NCBI GenBank assembly: GCA_014237915.1
Contig: JABACC010000013.1
Location: 64,568 to 128,567, forward strand
Reading direction: 5' to 3'
DNA: 64,000 nucleotides
DNA from: Candidatus Paceibacter sp.
Lineage (GTDB): Bacteria; Patescibacteriota; Minisyncoccia; Phycocordibacterales; GCA-2747955
Positions 29,580-40,546 of the stretch are shown piece by piece. The position numbers were made by a program, and so were the translations under genes. A model generated the notes under the pieces. The model searched no databases and was not told the origin of the DNA. It saw nothing but the letters and a program-made list of their open reading frames with translations. Position 1 is the stretch's first letter, and each line of letters begins with the position of its first letter.

Positions 29580-30926
29580 TTAAATACTAAAATTTTTATA
29601 AAAATCTTCATCGCTATCTTCTCCGTCTTTTTTCTCTTCGTTATAATTTTCAAAATCAATAGTCGTCTCATTTTCTTTTTTACCAAAATCTTCTCCAATT
29701 ATAATTTCACTGCTTTGGATATTTTTTTCAAGCTCTGAAAATTTTTCTGAAAAAATTTCTTCTTCTGTTTTTTCTTTGTTTTTGAGCGGAAAAAGCGGAG
29801 CTTTTTCCGCTTCAACATATTTTTCAACATTTTCTATTTTTTCCGCATCTTTATTTTCCCTTCTAAAATCATTATTTAAATCTTTTTTTAACTCATCTAA
29901 TTTTTCATCATACGAAATACTTCCTAAAGTATAAGAAATTTCTTTATTTTCTTCTTCTAAATTTTCCCTCTCATCTTTTTCTTCAAAATTCTTTTCATCA
30001 TTTTGATTAAAATCCAAACTTGGATTTTGATCAAATAGAAAATCGTCTTCGGGTTTTTTTTCTTCTGGTTTTTGCGGAAAAAGCTTCGCTTTTTCCGCAT
30101 CTCCATTTTTATCAATAATATTTAAAATATTTTGTAAACCTTCTTTTGAAAAAACATCCACCATTAATTTCATTCCTTTTTTTCTTTTTTCAACTTTCAC
30201 TGGCGAACCAAGTTTATCAGAAATTTTATTTTCAATTTCTCTAATCTCAGGATCAAAAACATCTTTTTTAGATTTACCCACCACAATATTTCTTGCAATT
30301 TTTTCAGCTTCTCTAACTGTTAAATCATATTCTAAAATCTCTTCCAATAATTTTTTCTGATCTTCCTCTTTTTCTTTCAACATTAAAAGCGGGCGTGTAT
30401 GCCCTTCTGAAATTTTTCCCGCCTGCAAAGCTTCCAAAATATTTTCAGGTAAAAGCAAAATTCTCAAAGCGTTTGAAATATATTCTCTGGATTTTCCCAT
30501 TTTTTCAGCAATTTGATCATGAGTTAGAGAAAATTCCTCTGAAAGCCTTTGAAAAGATTTTGCTTTATCGATTGGATTTAAATCCTCTCTTTGTAAATTC
30601 TCAATAATGGCAAGTTCTAATTTTTCACCTTCCGTGTTTTCTCCTTCTCTGATAATTGCGGGGATTTTTTTTAGGTTTGCTATTTTAGAAGCTCTAAATC
30701 TTCGCTCTCCTGCAATAATTTCAAAAAAAGAATTTTCTAAATCATCAGAATCTGAAATGGAAGATTTTTTTCTAACCACCACTATCGGTTGTAAAACACC
30801 ATACTGGGAAATTGAAGAAGCTAAATTATTTAATTTTTCTTCGTCAAAAAATTTTCTTGGCTGGTCTGGATTTGGAATAACTTTTTCTAAATCCAAATAA
30901 AAGACAGAGTTTTGTTTAAAATTCAT
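29580..30926 (-). CDS. parB: ParB/Spo0J partition protein with long acidic C-terminal extension
   Basis: PNPDQPRK, GVLQPIVV, IIAGERRFRA, IENLQREDLNP, HTH. Confidence 0.95.
   Translation of the reverse strand: MNFKQNSVFYLDLEKVIPNPDQPRKFFDEEKLNNLASSISQYGVLQPIVVVRKKSSISDSDDLENSFFEIIAGERRFRASKIANLKKIPAIIREGENTEGEKLELAIIENLQREDLNPIDKAKSFQRLSEEFSLTHDQIAEKMGKSREYISNALRILLLPENILEALQAGKISEGHTRPLLMLKEKEEDQKKLLEEILEYDLTVREAEKIARNIVVGKSKKDVFDPEIREIENKISDKLGSPVKVEKRKKGMKLMVDVFSKEGLQNILNIIDKNGDAEKAKLFPQKPEEKKPEDDFLFDQNPSLDFNQNDEKNFEEKDERENLEEENKEISYTLGSISYDEKLDELKKDLNNDFRRENKDAEKIENVEKYVEAEKAPLFPLKNKEKTEEEIFSEKFSELEKNIQSSEIIIGEDFGKKENETTIDFENYNEEKKDGEDSDEDFYKNFSI
29785..29811. repeat. Palindrome inside parB, 12-bp arms, C-GGA-G loop
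   Basis: agcggaaaaagc-GGA-gctttttccgct (AEKAPLFP). Confidence 0.9.
30073..30099. repeat. Palindrome inside parB, 12-bp arms, C-TTC-G loop
   Basis: tgcggaaaaagc-TTC-gctttttccgca (AEKAKLFP). Confidence 0.9.
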
Positions 30927-30981
30927 AAAATAATTTTAACATTTTTAAGAAAAGAAAAAAATTAGTGTATAATTAAAAATA

Positions 30982-32925
30982 ATGAATAAAATTTACACAG
31001 GGAAAGTTAGGGTTTCCCACAAAAAAAAAGGTTTTTTTAATACAGACGATTTTGAAAAAAGTATCATTGTTGAAACAGAAAATTTGGGTGGCGCTCTTGA
31101 TCTTGATTTGGTGGAAATTTCTTTTTTGAAAAACAATTCTTATGGAGACCCTTTAGGGAAAGTAGAAAAAATAATTTCTCGAAACAAAGATCTTCATGTT
31201 GGAAAATTAATTAAATCTTTTAATCCTAAAACAAGAAAAAAAGAACTCATCTTTACGCCCGACAACTACCGATTTTACCCCGATGTTGAATTTCAAAATT
31301 TAGAAAAATTTGAAAAAGCAGAAGAGGGCTACAAAGTTTCTATAAAAATAGAAGACTACAAAAATTCTGACTCTTTAGCAAAAGCTGAAATTATTGAAAT
31401 TTTGGGGAAAGCTGGAAAAAATGAAACGGAAATGAAAGCAGCTGTTTTAGAAGCTGGACTTCCCTTTTATTTTCCAGAAGAGGTTGAAAAAGAAGCAGAG
31501 GAAATTAAAAAAAATTCTTCAAAAATAATTGAAGAAGAAAAAAAAAATAGAAAAGATTTAACCCATCTTAATGTTTTTACAATTGATCCGGCTGATGCTA
31601 AAGATTTTGACGACGCGCTTTCTGTTGAAAAACTAGACGACGGAAATTTTAGAGTTGGAATTCATATCGCAGATCCTTCTTTTTTTGTGAAAAAAAATTC
31701 TCTGCTTGAAAAAGAAGCTCAAAAAAGAGCAACTTCGATTTATTTAGTCGATAGAACAATTCCGATGCTTCCTGAAGTTTTATCAAATGATCTTTGCTCT
31801 TTAAACCCTAACGAAGAAAAACTTACTTTTTCTGTTTTGGTCACTTTATCCGCTGAAGCAAAAATTTTAAAAACAGAGCTTGTAAATTCTTTTGTTGTTT
31901 CAAAAAAAAGATTTGATTATTTGGGGGCTCAAAAAATTTTAGATGAAAAAAATGGAGATTTTTTGGAAGATTTACAGATTTTAGAAAACTTGGCTGATAA
32001 TTTAGAAAAACAAAAGAAAAAAGGTGGATCGATAGAATTTTCTTCTGTGGAAGTAAAGTTTAAGCTTGATGAGGAAAAATTTCCAGTAGGAGTTTTTGTT
32101 AAAAAAAGAGTCAGGACAATGGAAATTATCGAAGAGTTTATGCTTTTGGCAAATAAAGAAATTTCAAAATACGCTTCTCTTTCGAGTTCTGGAGAAGAAC
32201 TTTCAAGGGCTTTTATTTATAGAATTCACGACAAGCCAAAACAAGAAAGAATTACAGAACTAATTTCTTTCCTTTCTGATTTAGGAGAAAAAGTTGATGA
32301 AGACGAAGACGGAAATTTAAGCTCACACGAAATAAATAAAATTTTAAAAAAGTTTAAAGATCATCCTTTGGAAGATTTAATTTCTCTTTCTATTTTAAGA
32401 TCAATGCAAAAAGCGGTTTACTCCACAAATAATATCGGTCATTTTGGTCTTGGATTTAAATATTATTCTCATTTTACTTCCCCTATTCGTCGTTATCCTG
32501 ACATGATAGCTCACCGGCTTTTGCGAGATTATTTGCAAGGCTTAAATCACGATCAAAAAAAAGAAGCTGAAATTTCAGCTCTTGCAGAACACTCTTCTGA
32601 AATGGAGGCAAAAGCGGTCACAGCCGAACGAGCTTCAATTTTATTTAAACAAACTCAATATTATTCTGTTAGAGTTTCTGAAGAATTTTCAGGAATGGTT
32701 GTGGGAGTAAATAAATTTGGAATTTTTGTAGAAAATATCCAAACAAAAACAACTGGAACTCTTTCAGTGCGTGATATTTATGGAGATTTTTTTGAATTTA
32801 ATGAAAAAAAAAGAGAGCTTGTTGGAAAAAACACAAAAAGAAAATTTAAACTTGGAGATAAAATAAAAGCAAAAATAAAAGAAGTAGATATAGAAAATAG
32901 AAAAATAAATTTAACATTAAAATGA
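30982..32925 (+). CDS. rnr: Ribonuclease R
   Basis: TIDPADAKDFDDA, HFTSPIRRYPD, C-terminal S1 domain. Confidence 0.96.
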   Translation: MNKIYTGKVRVSHKKKGFFNTDDFEKSIIVETENLGGALDLDLVEISFLKNNSYGDPLGKVEKIISRNKDLHVGKLIKSFNPKTRKKELIFTPDNYRFYPDVEFQNLEKFEKAEEGYKVSIKIEDYKNSDSLAKAEIIEILGKAGKNETEMKAAVLEAGLPFYFPEEVEKEAEEIKKNSSKIIEEEKKNRKDLTHLNVFTIDPADAKDFDDALSVEKLDDGNFRVGIHIADPSFFVKKNSLLEKEAQKRATSIYLVDRTIPMLPEVLSNDLCSLNPNEEKLTFSVLVTLSAEAKILKTELVNSFVVSKKRFDYLGAQKILDEKNGDFLEDLQILENLADNLEKQKKKGGSIEFSSVEVKFKLDEEKFPVGVFVKKRVRTMEIIEEFMLLANKEISKYASLSSSGEELSRAFIYRIHDKPKQERITELISFLSDLGEKVDEDEDGNLSSHEINKILKKFKDHPLEDLISLSILRSMQKAVYSTNNIGHFGLGFKYYSHFTSPIRRYPDMIAHRLLRDYLQGLNHDQKKEAEISALAEHSSEMEAKAVTAERASILFKQTQYYSVRVSEEFSGMVVGVNKFGIFVENIQTKTTGTLSVRDIYGDFFEFNEKKRELVGKNTKRKFKLGDKIKAKIKEVDIENRKINLTLK

Positions 32926-32932
32926 TGTTTTT

Positions 32933-32975
32933 AAAAAGTGTCGAAAAATGACGAAGTCATTTTTCGACACTTTTT
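32933..32975. repeat. Perfect palindrome, 20-bp arms, C-GAA-G loop
   Basis: aaaaagtgtcgaaaaatgac-GAA-exact reverse complement; abuts the murC extended -10 TGCTATAAT. Confidence 0.95.
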
Positions 32976-32990
32976 TGCTATAATCTTAAA

Positions 32991-34283
32991 ATGTTAGAAA
33001 ATCTAAAAAATAAAAAAGTGTTTTTTATTGGGGTTGGTGGAATTGGAGTTTCCTCACTTGCAAAATTTTTTAAAAATAAAGGTTTTGAAATTTTCGGATC
33101 TGATGCGTCTAAAAATGAAAACGTTCAAGGTCTAATTGAAAAATATAATTTAAATTTTCATCTTGGGCACGAAGCTAAAAATATTCAGAAAGATTTAGAT
33201 CTTATTATTTATTCTCCTGCAATTTCTGAGCAAAATCCAGAAAGAAAAAAAGCTAAAGAGTTTGAAATTCCTCAATTTTCCTATCCAGAATTTTTAGGAA
33301 AAATTTCAGAAAAAATTAAAACAATTGCGGTTTCAGGAACAAACGGAAAAACAACAACAACCTCAATGATTTATGAAATTTTAAAAGATCAAAATATTGA
33401 TCCTCTTTTAATTTTAGGTGGGATTTCCAAAAAAATAAATTCTAATTTTTCTTCCGGAAAAGACGATCTTTTTTTAGTTGAGGCTTGTGAATACAAAAAA
33501 TCTTTTCTTTCAATAAAGCCTGATATTTTAATAATCACAAATATTACCCCTGATCATTTAGATTACTTTAAAGATTTTAATGAAATTAAAAAAACTTTTT
33601 CAAATTTTGTGGAAAATATAAAAGAAGGAGGAAAATTAATTATTCCAGAAAAATCACCAGTTTTTGAAGAAATTGTAAAAAAAGCTCTTTTGCAAAAAAT
33701 TGAAATTTATACTTTCTTAGATGAAAAAAAAGATTTAAAAGTAAAATCTCCGGGTGAACATAATAGACAAAACGGAGCAGCTGCAATTTCTTTTTCTAAA
33801 ATTTTTTCTTTGGATTATCAAAAATCAAAAAAATATTTAGAAGAAAATTTTTCAGGAACAAAAAGAAGAATGGACGAAATAGGAAAAACGGATTATGGAG
33901 CTACAATTTTTGACGATTACGCTCACAACCCTGAAGGTTTAAATTTTTTAGTAGAAACTTTCAAAAACGAATACCCTCAAAAAAAAATTATAATTATTTT
34001 TTCTCCTCATCTTTATTCAAGAACAAAAAAATTTTTTAATGAATTTGTAAATATTTTAAAAAAAGCTAATTTTTCTTATATCGAACCAATTTACGCCGCC
34101 AGAGAAATAAAAGATCCAACGATTAATTCAGAAAAATTTTGTTTATATTCAGAAAATTCTTTTTGTGGATCAAGAGAAGAGATTAAAAAAAATATTGAAG
34201 AAAAAAAATATAATGAAAATTATATTTTAGTAACCGTCGGAGCTGGAGATATAGACAAACTTGCTTACGAGTTAAAAAACTAA
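32991..34283 (+). CDS. murC: UDP-N-acetylmuramate--L-alanine ligase
   Basis: FIGVGGIGVS, GTNGKTTT, EACE, DHLD, DDYAHNP, GAGDI. Confidence 0.95.
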   Translation: MLENLKNKKVFFIGVGGIGVSSLAKFFKNKGFEIFGSDASKNENVQGLIEKYNLNFHLGHEAKNIQKDLDLIIYSPAISEQNPERKKAKEFEIPQFSYPEFLGKISEKIKTIAVSGTNGKTTTTSMIYEILKDQNIDPLLILGGISKKINSNFSSGKDDLFLVEACEYKKSFLSIKPDILIITNITPDHLDYFKDFNEIKKTFSNFVENIKEGGKLIIPEKSPVFEEIVKKALLQKIEIYTFLDEKKDLKVKSPGEHNRQNGAAAISFSKIFSLDYQKSKKYLEENFSGTKRRMDEIGKTDYGATIFDDYAHNPEGLNFLVETFKNEYPQKKIIIIFSPHLYSRTKKFFNEFVNILKKANFSYIEPIYAAREIKDPTINSEKFCLYSENSFCGSREEIKKNIEEKKYNENYILVTVGAGDIDKLAYELKN

Positions 34284-34284
34284 T

Positions 34285-35169
34285 ATGGAAAATTTAACAA
34301 AAAAAGAATTAAAAATTTTTTATAAGTATGCTTGTGAAGAAAAAACTATCTTTTCAATTTATAAAAATCTAGCTAAAAAAACAGAGAGTGTTGAAAATAA
34401 AAAAATTTTAGAAAAAATTTCTATAATTGAAAAAAAACATAAAAATATTTTAAAAGATACTTTTCAATTTAAAAAACCTTTGCTAGATAAAAAAGTAAAT
34501 ATTTTTGTATATACTTTTTTTTATAAAATTTTAGGTCTTAAATTTACCATTGAGCTTTTAGAAAAAAAGGAGTTGAAAAATATTTCTTTTTATAAAAAAT
34601 ACAAAGAAAAATTCCCAGAACTTAAAAAAATAATTAAAGACGAAGATTTTGAAGAACAAAAAATAATTAAAGGTTTAAAAGACGAGAAATTAACTTACGC
34701 TTCTTCTATAGTCCTAGGTCTTTCAGATGCTATTGTGGAACTTTCAGGAACATTAGCTGGCCTTTCTTTTGCTTTTTCGCACTCAAAAACTGTTGGAATT
34801 GCTGGAGCAATCATAGGACTTTCCGCTTCTTTGTCGATGGGAGCTTCAGAATATTTATCAACAAAAGAAGAAATTGAAAATAAAAAATCTCCAATTAGAG
34901 GCGCTTTTTATACTTTTATTTCTTATTTAACAGCTGTTTTTTTTCTTGTCTCACCTTATTTTATTTTTAAAAATATTTTTATAGCCCTTTTAATCTCAAT
35001 TTCCATCGCCATTCTTTTAATTATTTTTTATACTTTTTATATTTCTGTTTCAAAAAAGCAAAAATTTTCAAAAAGATTTTTAGAGATGTTTTTTATAATG
35101 TTTTCTGTTATGTTGATTTCGTTTGCCTTTGGTTTTTTCTTAAAAAAAATTACAGGAATTGATATTTAA
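34285..35169 (+). CDS. VIT1/CCC1 transporter with rubrerythrin-like N-terminus
   Basis: VLGLSDAIVEL, SLSMGASEYLS. Confidence 0.88.
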   Translation: MENLTKKELKIFYKYACEEKTIFSIYKNLAKKTESVENKKILEKISIIEKKHKNILKDTFQFKKPLLDKKVNIFVYTFFYKILGLKFTIELLEKKELKNISFYKKYKEKFPELKKIIKDEDFEEQKIIKGLKDEKLTYASSIVLGLSDAIVELSGTLAGLSFAFSHSKTVGIAGAIIGLSASLSMGASEYLSTKEEIENKKSPIRGAFYTFISYLTAVFFLVSPYFIFKNIFIALLISISIAILLIIFYTFYISVSKKQKFSKRFLEMFFIMFSVMLISFAFGFFLKKITGIDI

Positions 35170-35263
35170 AACAAGAAAATTCTCTAAAAAATGTCTGTGG
35201 ATAAGTTCTGAAAAAAGTAGAAAAAAAGTTTGGTATTTTTTTAAAAATCTATATAATACTGAT

Positions 35264-35428
35264 ATTGAAAATTTAAACTTACTTAAATTTTCAATGCCTC
35301 GAGTTTTTAAACACTTGTGTTTGAAAGCTCAATTGAGAAATTTAGTTTTTCGGAATTAAAGTTCTCAATTGAGTTTCTCTCGGGAAACTCAATTTGAAAA
35401 AACCTCCCTCGGGAGGTTTTTTCTTTTT
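35264..35428 (+). ncRNA. Candidate tandem-hairpin small RNA
   Basis: TATAAT at 35252-35257, four consecutive hairpins (G-U pairs favour + strand, UUCG/CUCG loops), terminator at 35396-35423. Confidence 0.6.
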
Positions 35429-35443
35429 AGAAAATAATTTAAA

Positions 35444-35815
35444 TTAATTTTCTTTTTTCTTTTTTTTTTGATAAAAAATGAAAATAATAGTTCCAACAAC
35501 TAAAAAAGAAAATCCATCTATCATTTCTGATTTTTTTCTTTTTTGATAAGTTTCTTTAGCATAAGTAGTTTCTCTTTCTACACAAGAACTATATTCTGCC
35601 TCGTTGAAAATTTCATCAGAAAAATTTAGATCATCTTTTTTTTCTACTTGCTGGCAAGTTCTTTGTGGATTAAAATAAGAATCTGTTTCTAAAGAAAAAA
35701 CATAAAGTTTTAAAAAAGAATTCAAAAGCATTACCGCTCCTATTGAAAAAAGTATAATCCCAGCTGAAGTTCCGACAAGTTTTACTAAATTCTTAATTAT
35801 ATCTAGAGCAACCAT
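35444..35815 (-). CDS. Hypothetical two-TM membrane protein
   Basis: Two TM helices with a Cys-containing loop. Confidence 0.75.
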   Translation of the reverse strand: MVALDIIKNLVKLVGTSAGIILFSIGAVMLLNSFLKLYVFSLETDSYFNPQRTCQQVEKKDDLNFSDEIFNEAEYSSCVERETTYAKETYQKRKKSEMIDGFSFLVVGTIIFIFYQKKKKKEN

Positions 35816-35817
35816 TT

Positions 35818-36354
35818 TTATTTTATTCCAAAAAGTTCTACTTCAAAAACAAGTGTTGATCCAGCAGGAATTAAAGGTGAAGGAGAAAGATCTCCGTAAG
35901 CTAAATCTGCAGGAATTGTAAATTTAAATTTTGAACCCACCGGCATTAATTGCAACCCTTCTGTCCAGCCAGCGATAACTTGATTTAAGCCAAAAGAAAT
36001 TTTTTCTCCTCTTTGAACTGACGAATCAAAAACATTTCCATCTAAAAGAGTTCCGTGGTAATGCACTTCCACTGTGTCAGTAGCTTCTGGTTTTTTACCA
36101 TCTCCTAAGCTTAAAACTTCGTATTGAAGCCCTGATTCTGTTGTATAATTTTTTCCAATTTCTAAATTTTCCATAATATTTTCTTTATTATTATTTTCAT
36201 TATTAATTTCTTTTGAATTTTCTATATTATCTTCTTCGTTTAAAATTCCCTCTTCTGGAGATCTGTATCCTGTGAGAAAATATGAAGCGTACATTATTAT
36301 TATTAAAACAATAACGGCTCCTAAAACAAAAAATTCATTATTTTTTCCACTCAT
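35818..36354 (-). CDS. FKBP-type peptidyl-prolyl isomerase
   Basis: SGLQY, VHYHGTL, FDSS, VIAGWTEG, LAYG, TLVFEVEL. Confidence 0.96.
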   Translation of the reverse strand: MSGKNNEFFVLGAVIVLIIIMYASYFLTGYRSPEEGILNEEDNIENSKEINNENNNKENIMENLEIGKNYTTESGLQYEVLSLGDGKKPEATDTVEVHYHGTLLDGNVFDSSVQRGEKISFGLNQVIAGWTEGLQLMPVGSKFKFTIPADLAYGDLSPSPLIPAGSTLVFEVELFGIK

Positions 36355-36355
36355 A

Positions 36356-36727
36356 TTAATTTTTAATTAATTTTTTAATAAAATTTTTAGCCTCTCTAGC
36401 TTTTTTTCTAACGCCAAAAACTCTTTTTGTTTTATTTTTTTCAATTTTCCTTGAAAGCTCTTCTTTTAAATGATCAATACAATTTAAAAGTGAGAAATCT
36501 TCCGTTTTTGCTCCATAAGTTTTTTTTGAAGTTGTGATTTTTGCTTCGGCAAAAAAATTATTACCTTTTTTTGAAGATGATGATTCTTGTCCCACCCTCA
36601 CATCAAAAAAAAGTTTTGGATCATCTTTTTTTAAAAATTTTTCCAAAGAAGAAATTTTTTTAATAATTCTTTTCTCCAACTTCTTGTCAGTTTCAATATT
36701 TTTCCAAAAAACTTTTATGTTACTCAT
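36356..36727 (-). CDS. HPF/RaiA ribosome hibernation family protein
   Basis: KNIE...KKISSLEKF...FFAEAKI...CIDHLKEELSRKI. Confidence 0.8.
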   Translation of the reverse strand: MSNIKVFWKNIETDKKLEKRIIKKISSLEKFLKKDDPKLFFDVRVGQESSSSKKGNNFFAEAKITTSKKTYGAKTEDFSLLNCIDHLKEELSRKIEKNKTKRVFGVRKKAREAKNFIKKLIKN

Positions 36728-36781
36728 ATATTTTTAATTTTTAAAATAAAACAAATTAATAAAATTATTATATCACAGAAA

Positions 36782-39535
36782 TTATTTTTTAATTCTTTTG
36801 GTTTTTTCTAATGTTTTTTTTAAATATTCTCCGGTTAAAGAATTTTTATTTTTTGCAATATCTTCTGGGGTTCCTTTTGCTACTATATTTCCGCCTTTTT
36901 CTCCGCCTTCGGGACCAAAATCTAAAATATAATCTGCAGTTTTTATTAAATCTAAATTATGCTCAATAACTAAAACAGAATTTCCTCTATCTACCAATTT
37001 TTGTAAAATATCGTTTAGCTTCGCCACATCGTCATAATGAAGGCCGACGGTTGGCTCATCTAAAAGATACATTGTTTTTTCTGTAAAAGGCCTGTAAAGC
37101 TCTGAAGATATTTTTACCCTTTGTGCTTCCCCACCTGATAAAGTATTCGCTGACTGCCCTAACTTTAAGTACCCCAAACCAACGTCTTCTAAAGTTTTTA
37201 ATCTATCATAAACCGCTGGAATTTCTGTGAAAAATTTTGCGGCTTTAGAAATTTCCATATCTAAAACTTCAGCAATATTTTTGGATTTATAGGTTACCTC
37301 TAAAGTTTCTTTGTTAAATCTTTTTCCAAAACAAATATCACATTTTACATAGACTGTTGGTAAAAAATGCATCTCTACTGCAATATATCCATTTCCAGAA
37401 CAAGCTTCACATCTTCCACCTTTTACATTAAAAGAAAATCTTCCAGGTTTATAACCGCGAATTTTTGCTTCTGTTGTTTCTGCAAATAAATCTCGAATAT
37501 GAGAAAAAGCTCCTGTGTAAGTTGCTGGGTTTGATCTTGGAGTTCTCCCGATTGGCGACTGGTCTATTAAAACTTGTCTTGAAATATACTCTAAACCAAA
37601 AATTTTTTTACAATTAAAAACTTTAGCTGAACGGTATTTTCTATCAAACCGAGCTCTTAAATTTTTATATAAAATTTCGTGAACAAAAGAAGATTTTCCA
37701 GAGCCTGAAACTCCCGTAATACAAACAAGTTTTCCAAGTGGAATTTCAACATTTAAATTTTTTATATTAAAAATCTCTCCTTCAGAAACTATTATTTTTC
37801 CCATATCATGATTTCTTTTATTTTTCTTAATTTCAATAACCTCTTCCTCTCTTAAATAAGCCAAGGTTCTAGATCCTGAAAAATTTTTAGAAGAAGTTAA
37901 AAGATCCTCTAAAAAACCAGAAGCAACAATTTCTCCGCCCAAAACTCCAGCTTTAGGGCCAACATCAACAAGGTAATCTGCAGAATAAATTACATCTTCG
38001 TCGTGTTCAACAACAATAACCGTATTTCCTAAATCTCTCATTTTCAAAAGTGTTTTTATTAATCTGTCATTATCTCTTTGATGTAGGCCGATTGTTGGCT
38101 CATCTAAAACATAAGTTGCCCCCACAAGCCCCGAACCTAGTTGTGAAGCAAGTCTAATTCTTTGTGCCTCTCCGCCTGACAAGGTATTTGCTTTTCTATT
38201 TAAAGTTAAATATTCTATTCCCACATTTAACATAAAAGAAAGTCTTTCTTTTATTTCCCTCATAATTGGTTTAGAAATTTCCTCTTCTTTTTTATTTAAT
38301 TTCAAATTATCAAAAAAATCTAATGCATCAGAAACTGAAAATGAAGTAACATCAACAATATTTAAACCAGATGATTTATAAAATTTTTCATCTTTAATTG
38401 AAGAAGTTTTTGATTTTCCTTTTCCTAAAAAAACATTTAAAGACTCTGGTTTTAATCTATTTCCATTACAAGTTTGGCAGGGCTCTGTTCCATAAAAAAA
38501 TCTTGAGCCTAAACCATTACAAGCTTCACACGCTCCAACTGGCGAGTTAAAAGAGAAAAGCCTTGGTTCTATTTCAGAATATGAAAATCCATCGTTGGGA
38601 CAAGAAAATTTAGACGAAAGCAAAAATTCTGTATCAACTTTTTCTTTTTGAAAAATTTTTTCAAGACCTTTTTTCTCAAATGAAAAAACTCCTAAAACAA
38701 GTCCTTCTGACTCATCAATGGCTTTTTCTATAGATTCAGATAAAGCTCCTCTAAAATCTTTTCCTCCTGCTAAAAACTCTGAAAAATAAAATTCATCAAT
38801 TAAAACTTCAATATTATGTTTTTTGTTTTTTGAAAGTGGAATTTTATCTCGTAAAGAAAAAATTTCTCCATCAACCCTTACTTTAGAATATCCCTTTGAA
38901 AGTAGGTCGTATAGAAGCTGGTAGTATTCTCCTTTTCTTGATTTTACAACAGGTGAAAAAAGAAAAATTTTTGAATTTTCCGCATCAACTCCTAAAATTT
39001 CTTGGCTTTTTGCTTTTTCTGATAAAATTTTTTTAGCATCTGAAACTTTTTTTTCAAAAAAAGAAACAATTTCATCGAGTGAAAGTTTAGAAATTTCTTG
39101 TCCGCAAACAAGACAATGTGGTTTTCCAATACGTGCATACAAAACCCTCATATAGTCATAAATTTCTGTGATTGTGGCAACTGTTGATCTGGGGTTGTTT
39201 GAACGAGATTTTTGATCAATGGAAATTGCAGGAGATAAGCCAATAATTTCATCAACATCTGGTTTTTGCATTTGATTTAAAAATTGCCTTGCGTAAGCTG
39301 ACAGAGATTCCACATACCTTCTCTGACCTTCTGCAAAAATTGTATCAAAAGCAAGTGAAGATTTTCCAGATCCAGAAAGCCCCGTAATAACACTTAATTT
39401 ATTCCTTGGAATTTCTACTGAAATATTTTTTAGATTGTGGGTTCTGGCTCCTTTTACAATAATTTTTTCAGGAAAATTTAATTCTTCTTTTTTATTTTTT
39501 TTTATTTTAGACATTTTGTCTGCAAATTTTATCAC
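36782..39535 (-). CDS. uvrA: Excinuclease ABC subunit A
   Basis: GARTHNLK, two Walker A motifs, two LSGGEAQR; true start is probably the downstream Met (MSKIK). Confidence 0.98.
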   Translation of the reverse strand: MIKFADKMSKIKKNKKEELNFPEKIIVKGARTHNLKNISVEIPRNKLSVITGLSGSGKSSLAFDTIFAEGQRRYVESLSAYARQFLNQMQKPDVDEIIGLSPAISIDQKSRSNNPRSTVATITEIYDYMRVLYARIGKPHCLVCGQEISKLSLDEIVSFFEKKVSDAKKILSEKAKSQEILGVDAENSKIFLFSPVVKSRKGEYYQLLYDLLSKGYSKVRVDGEIFSLRDKIPLSKNKKHNIEVLIDEFYFSEFLAGGKDFRGALSESIEKAIDESEGLVLGVFSFEKKGLEKIFQKEKVDTEFLLSSKFSCPNDGFSYSEIEPRLFSFNSPVGACEACNGLGSRFFYGTEPCQTCNGNRLKPESLNVFLGKGKSKTSSIKDEKFYKSSGLNIVDVTSFSVSDALDFFDNLKLNKKEEEISKPIMREIKERLSFMLNVGIEYLTLNRKANTLSGGEAQRIRLASQLGSGLVGATYVLDEPTIGLHQRDNDRLIKTLLKMRDLGNTVIVVEHDEDVIYSADYLVDVGPKAGVLGGEIVASGFLEDLLTSSKNFSGSRTLAYLREEEVIEIKKNKRNHDMGKIIVSEGEIFNIKNLNVEIPLGKLVCITGVSGSGKSSFVHEILYKNLRARFDRKYRSAKVFNCKKIFGLEYISRQVLIDQSPIGRTPRSNPATYTGAFSHIRDLFAETTEAKIRGYKPGRFSFNVKGGRCEACSGNGYIAVEMHFLPTVYVKCDICFGKRFNKETLEVTYKSKNIAEVLDMEISKAAKFFTEIPAVYDRLKTLEDVGLGYLKLGQSANTLSGGEAQRVKISSELYRPFTEKTMYLLDEPTVGLHYDDVAKLNDILQKLVDRGNSVLVIEHNLDLIKTADYILDFGPEGGEKGGNIVAKGTPEDIAKNKNSLTGEYLKKTLEKTKRIKK

Positions 39536-39575
39536 ACTTACTTATTTTTTTTCATTTTTTTAGTATAATAAGAAT

Positions 39576-40523
39576 ATGTATGAAAAATTTCATAGAGAAG
39601 GAATTGATTGGTATCATTTCGAATCAATAACAAAAAATAAAGATTCTAAAGAAAAATTTTTAATTTTAGCTGAAGAAAAAAACATAAGTCGTTATATTCA
39701 GAAAAATTTTTACTCTGATTTAAAAAGAGACCGAACTTCTCTTTCAGAAAGACATCTTTTTATTTCTTTTGAACTTCCAGATCTTTTTGGAAAATTTGAA
39801 AAATATAGAAAACAGGAGATAAAAATAATAATGGGAAAAGATTTTTTGATTACCTCTTCAATTTATCCAGACCAAGGTTTGAAAAATTTTAAAAATCATT
39901 TTAATAATTTAGAATCTTTTGATTCTAATAAAATAAATTGTGTTTTGCCAACATGTGTAGTTTATTATTTTGTTTATTTAATCGAAAAAATTTATGAAAA
40001 TCTAAATTCTGATCTTTTAAAAATTCGTGAGGAAATTGAAGAAATTGAAGAAGAGATTTTTACAGAAAAAGAATTTATAATGGTTAAAAAAATATCACTA
40101 ACAAATAGAAGGCTTTTAGACTTTAGAAAAATCTTAAGGGCTCAAAAAACAACTTGGCATTATTTTTTTGAAATTTCAAAAAATTTTTTTGAAAAAGAAA
40201 GTTCTCATAATGCTATAGACTCAATTGTTCTTTCTCATGATATTTCTTATCAAAATGCAGAAGAATTGAAAGAAATGCTGTGGGAGCTTCGTGATACAAA
40301 TAATTCCCTTCTATCTTCCAAGCAAGCAGAAGCTTCAAAAACTTTTACCTTAATTGCTTTTTTAACCCTACCGATAACTTTATTTATTTCCATAATTTCT
40401 CTTCCAACAAATCAATCTCATCTTTTCTTGGGTCATAAAAATGATTTCACTCTCACAATTATAATTTCACTTCTGCTTTTTAGTTTAACTTTATATATTT
40501 CAAGAAGGAAAAAATGGTGGTAA
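39576..40523 (+). CDS. CorA family divalent cation transporter (atypical; GMN motif replaced)
   Basis: CorA layout, KTFTLIAFLTLPITLF..., C-terminal RRKKWW. Confidence 0.8.
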   Translation: MYEKFHREGIDWYHFESITKNKDSKEKFLILAEEKNISRYIQKNFYSDLKRDRTSLSERHLFISFELPDLFGKFEKYRKQEIKIIMGKDFLITSSIYPDQGLKNFKNHFNNLESFDSNKINCVLPTCVVYYFVYLIEKIYENLNSDLLKIREEIEEIEEEIFTEKEFIMVKKISLTNRRLLDFRKILRAQKTTWHYFFEISKNFFEKESSHNAIDSIVLSHDISYQNAEELKEMLWELRDTNNSLLSSKQAEASKTFTLIAFLTLPITLFISIISLPTNQSHLFLGHKNDFTLTIIISLLLFSLTLYISRRKKWW

Positions 40524-40546
40524 AAAATTTTAATTTAAATTAAAAT

